Source: Nitrososphaeraceae archaeon (GTDB lineage Archaea; Thermoproteota; Nitrososphaeria; Nitrososphaerales; Nitrososphaeraceae). From it: 31,843 bases of DNA. The stretch covers positions 1 to 31,843 of the forward strand of contig JAREAI010000001.1 of NCBI GenBank assembly GCA_029240435.1, read 5' to 3'. Position numbers and translations under genes: made by a program. Below the pieces are notes generated by a model. It was not told the origin of the DNA. It did not search any database and worked only from the letters and a program-made list of their open reading frames with translations. Shown piece after piece: positions 19,764 through 29,207 of this stretch (positions are counted from its first letter, which is position 1; each line of letters starts with the position of its first letter).

Positions 19764-20051
19764 CTAGTGAACCTCCTTTTCATTTGGCGTCCATAAAGAG
19801 CATATCGCATGAGGAGCAATTACACCTGATACATTACCCTTTATGTCCTGCCCTTCATCTGTGACAATCGCGCAATGGTGTGGCTTCATAAAATAGTCAC
19901 AATTATAGCAAAAATATCCTTTATGGGTATCAGCATTCGCAAAATGACCTATTTCTAAATATCCTGACACAACCTTTGTTAATTTTTTATGCTTTATTGC
20001 ATCTTGGTCAATATTCTGACTGGATGTAAAGCCTTGTGGATTTATTGTCAT
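19764..20051 (-). CDS. HiPIP-like 4Fe-4S protein, paralog A
   Basis: CYNC-x8-C-x23-C with CAIV...GVIAPHAIC..W; AGGTGA SD-like motif upstream of the ATG. Confidence 0.72.
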   Translation of the reverse strand: MTINPQGFTSSQNIDQDAIKHKKLTKVVSGYLEIGHFANADTHKGYFCYNCDYFMKPHHCAIVTDEGQDIKGNVSGVIAPHAICSLWTPNEKEVH

Positions 20052-20474
20052 AACCTAATTCACCTAGTACAGTCAATAGGATTACAAATTATAAATATGA
20101 TTTGAGAATTTTGTTCATAAAAACAATACTACGATCTGGTATGTTCGCCCTATTATAATACAAAGATAATGCCCCGGCTGGTTGTGGTATCTAACACACA
20201 AAATGTGCAAATAAGCTAAAATGTCTAGACAGTCAATATATTTCTTCTAGATGATTTGTTTCTGTAAGTCAGTCACTCGCAAAGAAAATAACGCAAAACC
20301 TCCTTAAAACACAAATATCGTAATTATTGCCTTAAATCCATTAGGATTTAAGAGTACTATAAAATAAATGCAACTTATTCTGATATTTATTAGTCATTTA
20401 TAGTCATATCAAAAACGAGCGGTTAGTAAACCCTAACACATTAAATATTTGATTGATTCCAATAAGTCGATAGT

Positions 20475-21245
20475 GTGGTAAGTATTAGCTCCATACATTC
20501 AAAGGCTGCTTTGCTAATTGACGAAGACACAAAAAGACGAAGATATATGGTAATATCAGATTTACACATAGGATTTGAATCTCAAATATATACTAGAGGA
20601 ATTACTTTTGATGAAAAGGTATTTTTTGACGAAATGATTCAAGAATTATCTTATCTTATTAAATCTAACAGAGTAGAAGCTGTCATTTTACTTGGTGATT
20701 TGAAAAGCACAGTCGGGGGGTCAATCAGTAAACAAGAGTGGCAAAAAATCCCTCGGTTTTTCAAACTCCTCTCTGAGATTACAGATATTTATTTCGTGCC
20801 CGGTAATCATGACAGCAACATAAGGTTCTTAATGCCAGAAAATATAAACATCATGAGCAGCAAAGGAATGGTTCTGGATGATACGCTTCTAGTTCACGGC
20901 CATACCATGCCGACGATTGCTAGGTCATATATAAAAAAAATCATTATGGGACATATTCATCCTGTATTTCTTAGACATAATAGCGTAATTAATGGACAGC
21001 GAGTCTGGATATATCTTAAAATAATAAAAGAGGCAATATTTCCTACAACTCAAGGAACTCTTGACCTAGTCATACTTCCTGCCTTTAACAGATACCTTTA
21101 CGCAATTAATGAAAGACGCTATACAAAATCAATTTCTCCAATAATCGCCAAAGCCATAAAGTCAAATGCAGTTCAACAGGCTCTAGTCGTTTCATTGGAT
21201 GGTTCCATAGTTGGTGATATTGAGACTTTACTAAAAATAATTTAA
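20475..21245 (+). CDS. calcineurin-like metallophosphoesterase
   Basis: SDLHIG, LLGDLK, PGNHD, HGH, MGHIHP, PAFN. Confidence 0.9.
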   Translation: MVSISSIHSKAALLIDEDTKRRRYMVISDLHIGFESQIYTRGITFDEKVFFDEMIQELSYLIKSNRVEAVILLGDLKSTVGGSISKQEWQKIPRFFKLLSEITDIYFVPGNHDSNIRFLMPENINIMSSKGMVLDDTLLVHGHTMPTIARSYIKKIIMGHIHPVFLRHNSVINGQRVWIYLKIIKEAIFPTTQGTLDLVILPAFNRYLYAINERRYTKSISPIIAKAIKSNAVQQALVVSLDGSIVGDIETLLKII

Positions 21246-21293
21246 CTTTAAATTATATCTCATATTTCAGAGAGGTGGATACCTCTTATTTGC

Positions 21294-24200
21294 TTATAAT
21301 ACGACATAAGATTTTAGTGAAGCCAAAGTAGGAGAATTTGTTTTTAACCACTCCAGTGTTTTGATAAAAGAAGAAGCAGATTCGATTGTAGTCAGAACAG
21401 GTATGCCTAATTCTACTGCCTTTCTCCTTATTTGGTATTCATCATAGAGCATTCCTACATATTTTTCAATCGTAGAGGTAGAAGGAATGTTCACTATAAA
21501 GTTAATTTTTCGTTCAAATAAGAGATCCGAAATGTTTGGTTTTCGATCTGGCTCGCTTATCTTATAAACTTGTTGAACGTTCTTGAATTTGTTATTTTCA
21601 ATAAACTCTGCTGTATGCTCAGTTGCCATAATATTATATCCCATAGCTGATATTAGCGATATTAATGGCAGCAATTTCTCCTTGTTTTTCTGTCCTCCAA
21701 TTGTAATTAGAGCTGAGCCAGATAAAGGAAGTGAATAACCAGCGGCTAGATAGGCTTTCGATAAAGCATCGTAAAAGCTTTCTCCAAAGCATGCGACTTC
21801 TCCGGTTGATTGCATCTCTACACTTAATACAATATCCGCACCTTCAAGTTGCATAAAAGAAAATTGTGGGACTTTGATTCCAAAACCTTTAGCCATCAAC
21901 CAAAGATCTTTGGCATTTATGGGAAGTCGATTCCCTGTCATTGCCCGGGCGGCCAGATCAATCAAATTTATTCCTACAAACTTTGAAACAAAGGGCATTG
22001 ACCTAGAAGCTCTAACATTTGCTTCAATTACTGATACCTCGTCATCCTTTATTAGATATTGTATGTTAAATGGTCCCTTTATTCGTAAAGCCTTACCTAT
22101 TCTTGTTGTATAATCTATAATCGTTTCAATAGTTTTCCTGTCAAGTCTCCAAGGAGGAATGCACATTATTGCATCACCTGAATGAATGCCAGCGTTATCG
22201 ATATGTTCTATTAAAGAGCCTATTACTACTTCGTTTCCGTCAGCCACTGCGTCGACTTCGACTTCTGAGGCGTCCTGTAAGAATTTACTTATTACGATAG
22301 GGTGGTCGGGACTAACATTTGTTGCATCAGTTAAAAATTGCTCTAATTGTTCTTCGCCCCATACGACTTTCATCGCTGCACCACTTAAAACGTAAGAAGG
22401 TCTCACAAGGACAGGATATCCTACTTTATCAGCAAATTCTTTTACTTCTTCTACTTCTGTGAATTTTTTCCAAGCCGGCTGTCTGATATTGAGTGAATCT
22501 AAGAGTTTACCAAACTTTTCTCTGTCTTCTGCTCTATCAACATCCTCACTGCTTGTTCCAATAATGTTAACGCCATATTTAGCAAGGTATGGATTGAGGT
22601 TATTTGCTGTCTGACCTCCTACGCAAGTAACAATTCCGCTTGGATTCTCTTTTTCGTAGATATCCATTACTCGCTCAAACGTCAATTCTTCAAAATACAA
22701 CCTGTCAGAGACGTCATAATCCGTAGAGACAGTTTCGGGATTACAATTTATTATAGAAACTTCTTTAATGCCATTCTTTTTCAATGCCCATACCATATTG
22801 ACTGTTCCCCAGTCGAACTCTACACTGCTGCCAATCCTATATGGGCCAGCGCCGAGAACTATTGCACTTCTTTTACTGTTCTCAATTAGTATATCATCGA
22901 CCTCCCCGCCATATGTCATATACAGATAATTTGTTTTGGCAGGCCATTCTGCAGATAATGTGTCGATTTGCTTTACCACTGGTTTTATTCCGAATTTCTG
23001 TCTTATCTCTCTGCATTTAGACTCATCTAGTCCTAAACATCTTCCAAGCTGCCTGTCGGAATAACCAATCTTCTTGGCTTTTTTAATTAAATCTAGATCA
23101 AGATTCGAATTTCGCAATTTTTCTTCCATATCTACAATGTTCTTAATTTTTATCAAAAACCATGGATCAATAGCGGATAGTTGGTTTATTCTATCAATTG
23201 TCATCCCGGCCCGAATAGCTCTAACAATGGTAAAGATTATTTCGTCATTTGGATGTAATAATGCCTGTTCTAATGCCTCACTGTTTTGAGTCAAATCAGC
23301 AACCGAATTATTGGCATTGGCTACTAATCCATCCATGCCAATGTCGCACATTCTGATTGCTTTCTGGATTACTTCTTCTAAATTCCGACCTATTGCCATT
23401 ACCTCACCCACTGATTTCATTGCACTTCCGAGCTTACGTTTTACAAATTCAAATTTTCTAAAGTCCCATCTTGGCATCTTTAATACGATGTAGTCAAGTG
23501 AAGGTTCAAAACAAGCCGTAGTGGCTTTTGTGATTTTGTTAATAAGTTCTGGAAGAGCGTATCCAAGGCCAATTTTTGCTGCCATGTATGCCAGAGGATA
23601 GCCTGTTGCTTTACTTGCAAGAGCAGATGATCTAGACAATCTTGCGTTAATTTCTATGGCACAATATTCCTCTGATTCTGGATTTAGACCAAATTGGATA
23701 TTGCATTCTCCAACGATAGCACAATAGGAGGTTGCACGAATTGCAGCGGATCGCAGCATCTGATACTCAAAATTATTAAGCGTTTGGGAAGGTGCGACAA
23801 CTATATTGTCGCCTGTATGTACACGCATTGATAAAATATTTTCCATATTGCAAACTATAACACTACTACCCTTTGAATCTCGCATTACTTCATATTCGAT
23901 TTGTTTCCAATGACCTACATATTTTTCAATTAGAACCTGATGGACTATACTAAGAGAAAGTCCTCGGTGGACTATTTCTTCCAACTCATATTCGTTGTAT
24001 GCAACGCCACCTCCTCTTCCGCCGAGAGTATATGCAACTCGAATAATCACAGGATAGCCAATCTGCTGACCAATCTTTAACGCTTCATTTACCGTGTAAG
24101 CGGGTGCACTCTCAAGTACAGGGACATCACTTTTTAACATGGCATCTTTAAATAATTGCCTATTTTCGGTAATCTCTATTCCATTGATTTGCGTCCCTAA

Positions 24201-24567
24201 AACTCTTATTCCATATTTTTCTATTATTTTGTCTTTATAGAGTGCTACGCCACAGTTCAGGGCCGTTTGTCCGCCAAAAGCTAACATAATAGAATCAGGT
24301 CTTTCTGCCTCAATTACTTCCTCGACAAATTTAGGAGTAATCGGTAAAAGATAAACCTTATCAGCGAATCTTGTATCAGTCTGAATAGTAGCAATATTAG
24401 GATTTATAAGAACACTCTTGATTCCGTCTTCCTTAAGTGCCTTTAAGCATTGAGAACCGGAGTAGTCAAAATAGCGGTCATTATAATTGACTTTCGCCTG
24501 CTTCTCCGATCTTAATAGCTCCACTACCTAATACGACAACTTTCTTTATTGTTTCATCTTTTGGCAA
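21294..24567 (-). CDS. carB: carbamoyl-phosphate synthase large subunit, split gene: join(24567..24493, 24470..21294), 1083 aa after removal of 22 nt
   Basis: Exon 1 from TTG 24567 (SD GAGGAGG at 24578-24572) reads MPKDETIKKVVVLGSGAIKIGEAGE; exon 2 reads FDYSGSQCLKALKE and continues with all CarB motifs to the C-terminal MGS domain. The track's ATG 24524 N-terminus (MELLRSEKQAKVNYNDRY) is an out-of-frame artefact. Confidence 0.95.
24471..24492 (-). other. 22-nt bulge-helix-bulge intron in carB mRNA (predicted)
   Basis: AGUCAAUUAUAAUGACCGCUAU; central helix GGCG/CGCU, bulges AA|A and AU|U, intron stem GUCA/UGAC; canonical cut sites give an exact in-frame join. Confidence 0.85.
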
Positions 24568-25789
24568 TTTTCCTCCTCTTCCTAGTCTTTATATTATGCT
24601 TAGTTAAAATTGTGGCTGTTTTTTTTACTTTATCAAATCCACTGAACTCATTTATTAATTCTTTGAATCTATTAAAAACAAACAGGCAGTCATTAGGACC
24701 TGGTGATGCTTCTGGATGAAACTGAACGGCTATGATTGGTTTTGACTCATGTTCTATACCTTCTATAGTATTATCGTCAATATTAGAAAACCATATTCTG
24801 AATCCTGTTCTATCAAGGTTTTTAGGCTCAATTCCATAGCCATGGTTCTGACTTGTTATATACGTTTGATTGTTTCTTAAATCTATGCAAGGTTTATTCT
24901 GTCCACGATGTCCGAATTTTAATTTATAAGTGTCAGCCCCTCCAGCTAAAGCGAGGATTTGATTTCCTAAACAGATGCCCAATGTGGGTATCGATTTCTC
25001 AATCAATTCAGTAGCTGTCTTGACTGTAGCTTTGCAGAGTTTGGGGTCTCCAGGACCATTGCTTATCACAACACCCTGTGGTTGATATGATTTTATTTTT
25101 TCGTATGGTGTATCCCATGGAAGGCGGATCACCCTGTAACCCATTCTAACAATATTACGTATTATGCTATATTTAGTACCGGTATCCAATAAGACTATAC
25201 ATTCATTATTATTATTAGTGCCATACTCACATGGTTGATTAACTGATACTTCTGGCATAAAGTTTTGGCCTTCATAATGCTCACTTTTTGCCAATTTTGA
25301 TAATCTTTCATCGTCAATAGAGCCTTTAGAAACTGAAAGAGCTCCATTCATTACACCCTTAACCCTTAACTTTTTTGTAAGCTCCCGTGTGTCGATTCCA
25401 AAGATTCCAGGTATTCCTTCCTCATATAACCATTCATCAAGAGTCTTAATGCAACTCCAATGACTAGCAATACGAGATAGATCATGAATCAATAAACCTT
25501 TAATCTGAATTTTATCAGATTCAAAGTATTTTGGCAAGCCAAATTCATCTTTTATATCGTAACTAGGAACACCGTAATTTCCAATAAGTGGATAAGTCAT
25601 ACATAATATCTGACCTCTATAGGAAGGATCCGTGATTGCTTCCGTGTAACCTACCATGCCTGTATTAAACACTATTTCTCCAGCAATCTCGTCACAAGGA
25701 TGGCCGAACCCTACGCCTGTAAATAGACTACCATCTTCCAGTATTAATTTTGCATTATATGCAGTATATTTCGATTCAAGAGTATGAAT
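24554..25789 (-). CDS. carA: carbamoyl-phosphate synthase small subunit; start probably ATT at 25789
   Basis: AKLILEDG, GEIVFNTGMVGY.E..TDPSY.GQI, SNGPGDP, GICLG.Q, HRGQN, QFHPEA; conserved N-terminus lies upstream of the track start (25672); exact start uncertain. Confidence 0.95.
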   Translation of the reverse strand: MHTLESKYTAYNAKLILEDGSLFTGVGFGHPCDEIAGEIVFNTGMVGYTEAITDPSYRGQILCMTYPLIGNYGVPSYDIKDEFGLPKYFESDKIQIKGLLIHDLSRIASHWSCIKTLDEWLYEEGIPGIFGIDTRELTKKLRVKGVMNGALSVSKGSIDDERLSKLAKSEHYEGQNFMPEVSVNQPCEYGTNNNNECIVLLDTGTKYSIIRNIVRMGYRVIRLPWDTPYEKIKSYQPQGVVISNGPGDPKLCKATVKTATELIEKSIPTLGICLGNQILALAGGADTYKLKFGHRGQNKPCIDLRNNQTYITSQNHGYGIEPKNLDRTGFRIWFSNIDDNTIEGIEHESKPIIAVQFHPEASPGPNDCLFVFNRFKELINEFSGFDKVKKTATILTKHNIKTRKRRKIAKR

Positions 25790-25908
25790 TTTAAACCCTT
25801 GAAATCTGCTTCAAATAGGGAATTTAAGTTTTTGCTCTGATATGATGGCTGTGTTAATTTAACTATAAACCTATAGCTGCGAATACATTCTCAAATTCTA
25901 CTATGGTC

Positions 25909-26660
25909 ATGTTTGAAAGTAAGAAGACATCCGCAGAGACTGTGATGTATTCATTATACTTATACTTTCTAGGATTGAGTTTCAGGAACATCTCTAAAGC
26001 AGTAGAACCATTCAAAGAAAAGAGGAGTCATGTGACTGTGTGCAATTGGGTATAGCGATTCCATCCTGACATTTATCACTGAAAAATATCACAATGATTA
26101 CTATCTCCATTATCAAAAAGTAACTATGTTTCTATTTGGAATTCGATGAAATTCATTAACCAAAGAAGATATTTCAAAAAAAGTGAAGAGAAGAGTTTTT
26201 AGAATTTGTCATTAATATTTGTCATTAAAGACAAAGAAACACTGAATATAAAGAATGAAATGAACATATCTATGTACATGATTATTGATTTTGCAGTTCA
26301 ACTGCTGCAATCAAAAGACTATGATCTTTAATATTCATCATATTCACTATATTCATCATACTATTACTCAGAAAGAAAAAAGATATTTTCTATAAGAGAA
26401 GTTTCTTTAAAAAATGGCTAATAGATATGAGAATAGAAAAGATATCAAAACATCTATACATATACACACACAGATGCCTTATGGTGATGCTATACATATA
26501 TTATAGATACTAAATATGAAACATCATTTACATTCATCTTATCAAAGAGAAAAAGAACCATTATTGATAGAACATCTCTCCAATACATAAAGAGCGTAGA
26601 ACCGAAAGTTATGAGTATTGTGATTATGGTTATTACTATCTATACAGAAAGGAAAAAGAT
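25909..26660 (+). mobile_element. degraded IS6-family transposase relic
   Basis: ATG 25909: MFESKKTSAETVMYSLYLYFLGLSFRNISKAVEPFKEKRSHVTVCNWV*RF (HTH part); later broken fragments KHHLHSSY (26519-26542), IIDRT, QYIK (26581), RRTESY (26595-26612) match the C-terminus of archaeal IS6 transposases as I recall it. Confidence 0.75.
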
Positions 26661-26799
26661 GTATACTAGTAGAGAGAGCACACAAATGAATGAATGATAC
26701 ATATGGTAAGGCAGCTTATCGATTTTCAAGCAACATGGTGAAAAAGATCAACAAAAAGAAAAGTTATAAAAACTAGAACAATTTAGTGGATCACAGAAA

Positions 26800-26835
26800 T
26801 GAACAAGTTCATGAACTAGTTCATGAACGCGTTCA
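26800..26835. repeat. three tandem 12-bp palindromes TGAAC-nn-GTTCA
   Basis: TGAACaaGTTCA TGAACtaGTTCA TGAACgcGTTCA. Confidence 0.9.
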
Positions 26836-27124
26836 CACTTTTTTACCATCCTTTTTTGACAGGCTAATTCTAGACTAACCAATATAGGAAAACGTTACCA
26901 AATAACAGAACAACAATACATAAATTAGTTAGATTCAAAGTTACAGATCAAGAAAGTATAATAATGTTTAGAATATTAGGTGGGTTTATTTATTATCAGA
27001 CTATAATGGTTCAGTGGGATGCAAGTTAAGTAGAAAGGAGGATGCATAGATAAGTAATTAAATATTTTACTAGAATAAGTTGATTATTTAAAGCGCTATT
27101 TCATTCTATCTACCATTGTTTTAT

Positions 27125-27240
27125 AGAACAGAAAGCTTTTTGATGATAACTATTTCTTCTTATAAGAAATAGAGAGACAGAGTACGTAGAACAAGTAATT
27201 CATTGGTTCAATCTGTTTGTTGATTTTCATAATGAGATGA
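27125..27240 (+). mobile_element. second IS6-like transposase C-terminal fragment
   Basis: RTESF-(frameshift)-DDNYF ... VEQVIHWFNLFVDFHNEM, resembling the DRTESFDDY...W.NLFVD.HN tail. Confidence 0.6.
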
Positions 27241-27359
27241 CTTTTGAAAAAATGGTTAAATGAACAGAGATCTAGAAAGACACAAATGTTTATTCCTCAT
27301 ATCAATCAAATTTCCTCCTCGAATGTCTTAATTTAATGTTTATTATAACTGAAAAATTT

Positions 27360-28087
27360 CTAAAATTCTACTGTCTTGCGATACAGCTCAAATCTTTTTT
27401 GAATCTCTTCCTTAGTAATAGAGAGTAATCTCTTCACTCCAAAATCCTCAACAGCGAATGCTCCCATAACATTTCCGTGAACTACTGCTTCCTTGAAAGT
27501 CCTGACTCTGAGACTATCTTGCTGAGCAAGATAACCAATAAATCCGCCGGCAAAAGCGTCTCCTGCTCCAGTCGGACATCATTAATGACTACTCCGTTAA
27601 CTTTGCTCATCATTTTGATTACATCATCCCGTTTATTTAAAATCCAATATTCTATCGTATCACAAACAGTCAGTTTGGGATGTGGAAAATATTCCAGTAA
27701 TTTGATGTTTTGAATAGGATCGTTATTAGCAAGATAAATATATTGTGATTTGCGATATTCATCGGGTATGGTAGGTTCGAAATGTGCTATTACATTTAAT
27801 TCTGTTTTATTAGTAGTACGATGAGAAAGGTCATAGTCAAACGTAGAATCGTAATGGAATGTCTTGTCTTGTAGGTTAGTGATAATTCCTTTTGTATCTA
27901 ATCTGTTGTCTAGAATCTCTCTATAATGAGACGGAAAATCGAAACCTATAACTCCAACTATCGAAGTACGTGTATAGAAGCTAGATGAAAGAGATGCAAA
28001 GGTAGCAGCCCCTCCCATAATTTTTGTTTGAGTTTTAAAAGGCGTACGTGTGGTATCTAATGCAATGGTTCCAAAGACTGTTAACAT
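27360..28087 (-). pseudogene. PfkB-family carbohydrate/nucleoside kinase broken by an internal deletion and frameshift
   Basis: Frame 1 reads MLTVFGTIALD...GGAATFA...VVIND up to 27578; another frame resumes at 27575 with PTGAGDAFAGGFIGYLA...KTVEF* (stop 27362-27360); the intervening segment is absent. Confidence 0.85.
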
Positions 28088-28187
28088 ATCTTAAAGTCAA
28101 GATTTTGTTACTCAGTAAATAAACCTTAATTCTCTTCATTATATCTATGATCAAAATATATATCAAAATAAGCGCGCAATTGAAGTA

Positions 28188-28748
28188 ATGCGACTTATTG
28201 TAGCAATAACTGGCAGTTCGGGAGTTATTTATGGAATTAAGACACTTGAGGTACTTAGAGATCTTAAACTAGAATCTTACTTAATCATGAGTGAATGGGG
28301 AAAGAGAAATATTATGATAGAAACTGATAAAAGTATTGACTATGTAAAATCTCTTGCATCCAAGTTTTACAGCAACGACAATATGGCTGCTGCTATTTCA
28401 AGCGGATCGTTTAGAACAGACGGAATGGTGATCATTCCGTGTAGCATGAAAACATTATCAAGTATCGCAAATGGCTATGAAGACAGTCTTATATCAAGAG
28501 CTGCAGGAGTATGTATAAAAGAATCACGAAAATTAGTAATTGTACCAAGGGAAACACCTCTTTCTAGAATACATCTTGAAAATATGCTTAAGCTATCTCA
28601 AACAGGCGTGATCATATTACCTGCAATGCCTGGCTTTTACTACAAACCAAAGACTATGGATGATATGATAACTCATATTGTAGGAAAGATGCTAGATCAA
28701 TTCGGTATTGAACATAATATTTTTAGAAGATGGACAGAACATTATTAG
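28188..28748 (+). CDS. ubiX: flavin prenyltransferase
   Basis: AITGSSG, ISSGSF, IPCSMKTL, SRAAGV.IKE.RKLVIVPRETP, PAMPGFY. Confidence 0.95.
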   Translation: MRLIVAITGSSGVIYGIKTLEVLRDLKLESYLIMSEWGKRNIMIETDKSIDYVKSLASKFYSNDNMAAAISSGSFRTDGMVIIPCSMKTLSSIANGYEDSLISRAAGVCIKESRKLVIVPRETPLSRIHLENMLKLSQTGVIILPAMPGFYYKPKTMDDMITHIVGKMLDQFGIEHNIFRRWTEHY

Positions 28749-29005
28749 CGAGAGTCAGCCGTTTTATTCTTATTCATCTTATCAGCCATTTTCTTTGCTA
28801 TTTTAAATGAAAATCCCATCCCCACAAAAAAGACAATAGAACTAATAACAATTTGGCTAGCAATATCTGTAGTATAACTTCTTACTAACAGCAGAGCTAT
28901 AACACCTGGTATCGCCATTACCATTGCTACTATTGTACTTGCAGTATAGTAGGTTAACTTCGGGACGGAATACTTGTCTGAATTTTTACCAGTACCACCA
29001 CTCAA
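28745..29005 (-). CDS. small two-helix membrane protein
   Basis: 86 aa with two hydrophobic segments and a basic tail. Confidence 0.7.
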   Translation of the reverse strand: MSGGTGKNSDKYSVPKLTYYTASTIVAMVMAIPGVIALLLVRSYTTDIASQIVISSIVFFVGMGFSFKIAKKMADKMNKNKTADSR

Positions 29006-29207
29006 TATTTAGACATATCTCAATGAGACCATATAAATTATATTTGGTGCTTAATATGACCTGTATTTTAGGCCTTTTTATATCTAAAAAAGAAATTGCA
29101 AACTAGCGCATTATACACAGGTAAATTAAATAAAATCGAGTAACAAACGATAATGTATTGTGGTGGATATCGTCATTAAAATATATATTTTCCTGTAGGT
29201 AGAGGAT

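Noticed and set aside
19760-19819. KRRF in the extended N-terminus of HiPIP-like paralog B as a Tat signal
   Set aside because: The extension overlaps paralog A in another frame and has no hydrophobic h-region.
24471-24524. ORF-track CarB N-terminus MELLRSEKQAKVNYNDRY from ATG 24524, or +1 ribosomal frameshifting at GGC GAA AGT
   Set aside because: The first discards the conserved LGSGAIKIGEAGE segment present in another frame. The second would insert 7 residues into an invariant motif. The BHB cut sites explain the sequence exactly.
25750-25765. Hairpin UGCA-UAUAA-UGCA near the carA 5' end as a second BHB intron
   Set aside because: The flanking 4-nt segments (AAUA/AAAU) do not form a central helix, and excision would delete the conserved AK residues.
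27571-27591. AGTCATTAATGATG at the pfkB junction resembles the carB intron (AGTCAATTATAATGAC)
   Set aside because: It encodes the conserved VIND motif, and splicing cannot restore missing residues; treated as coincidence.
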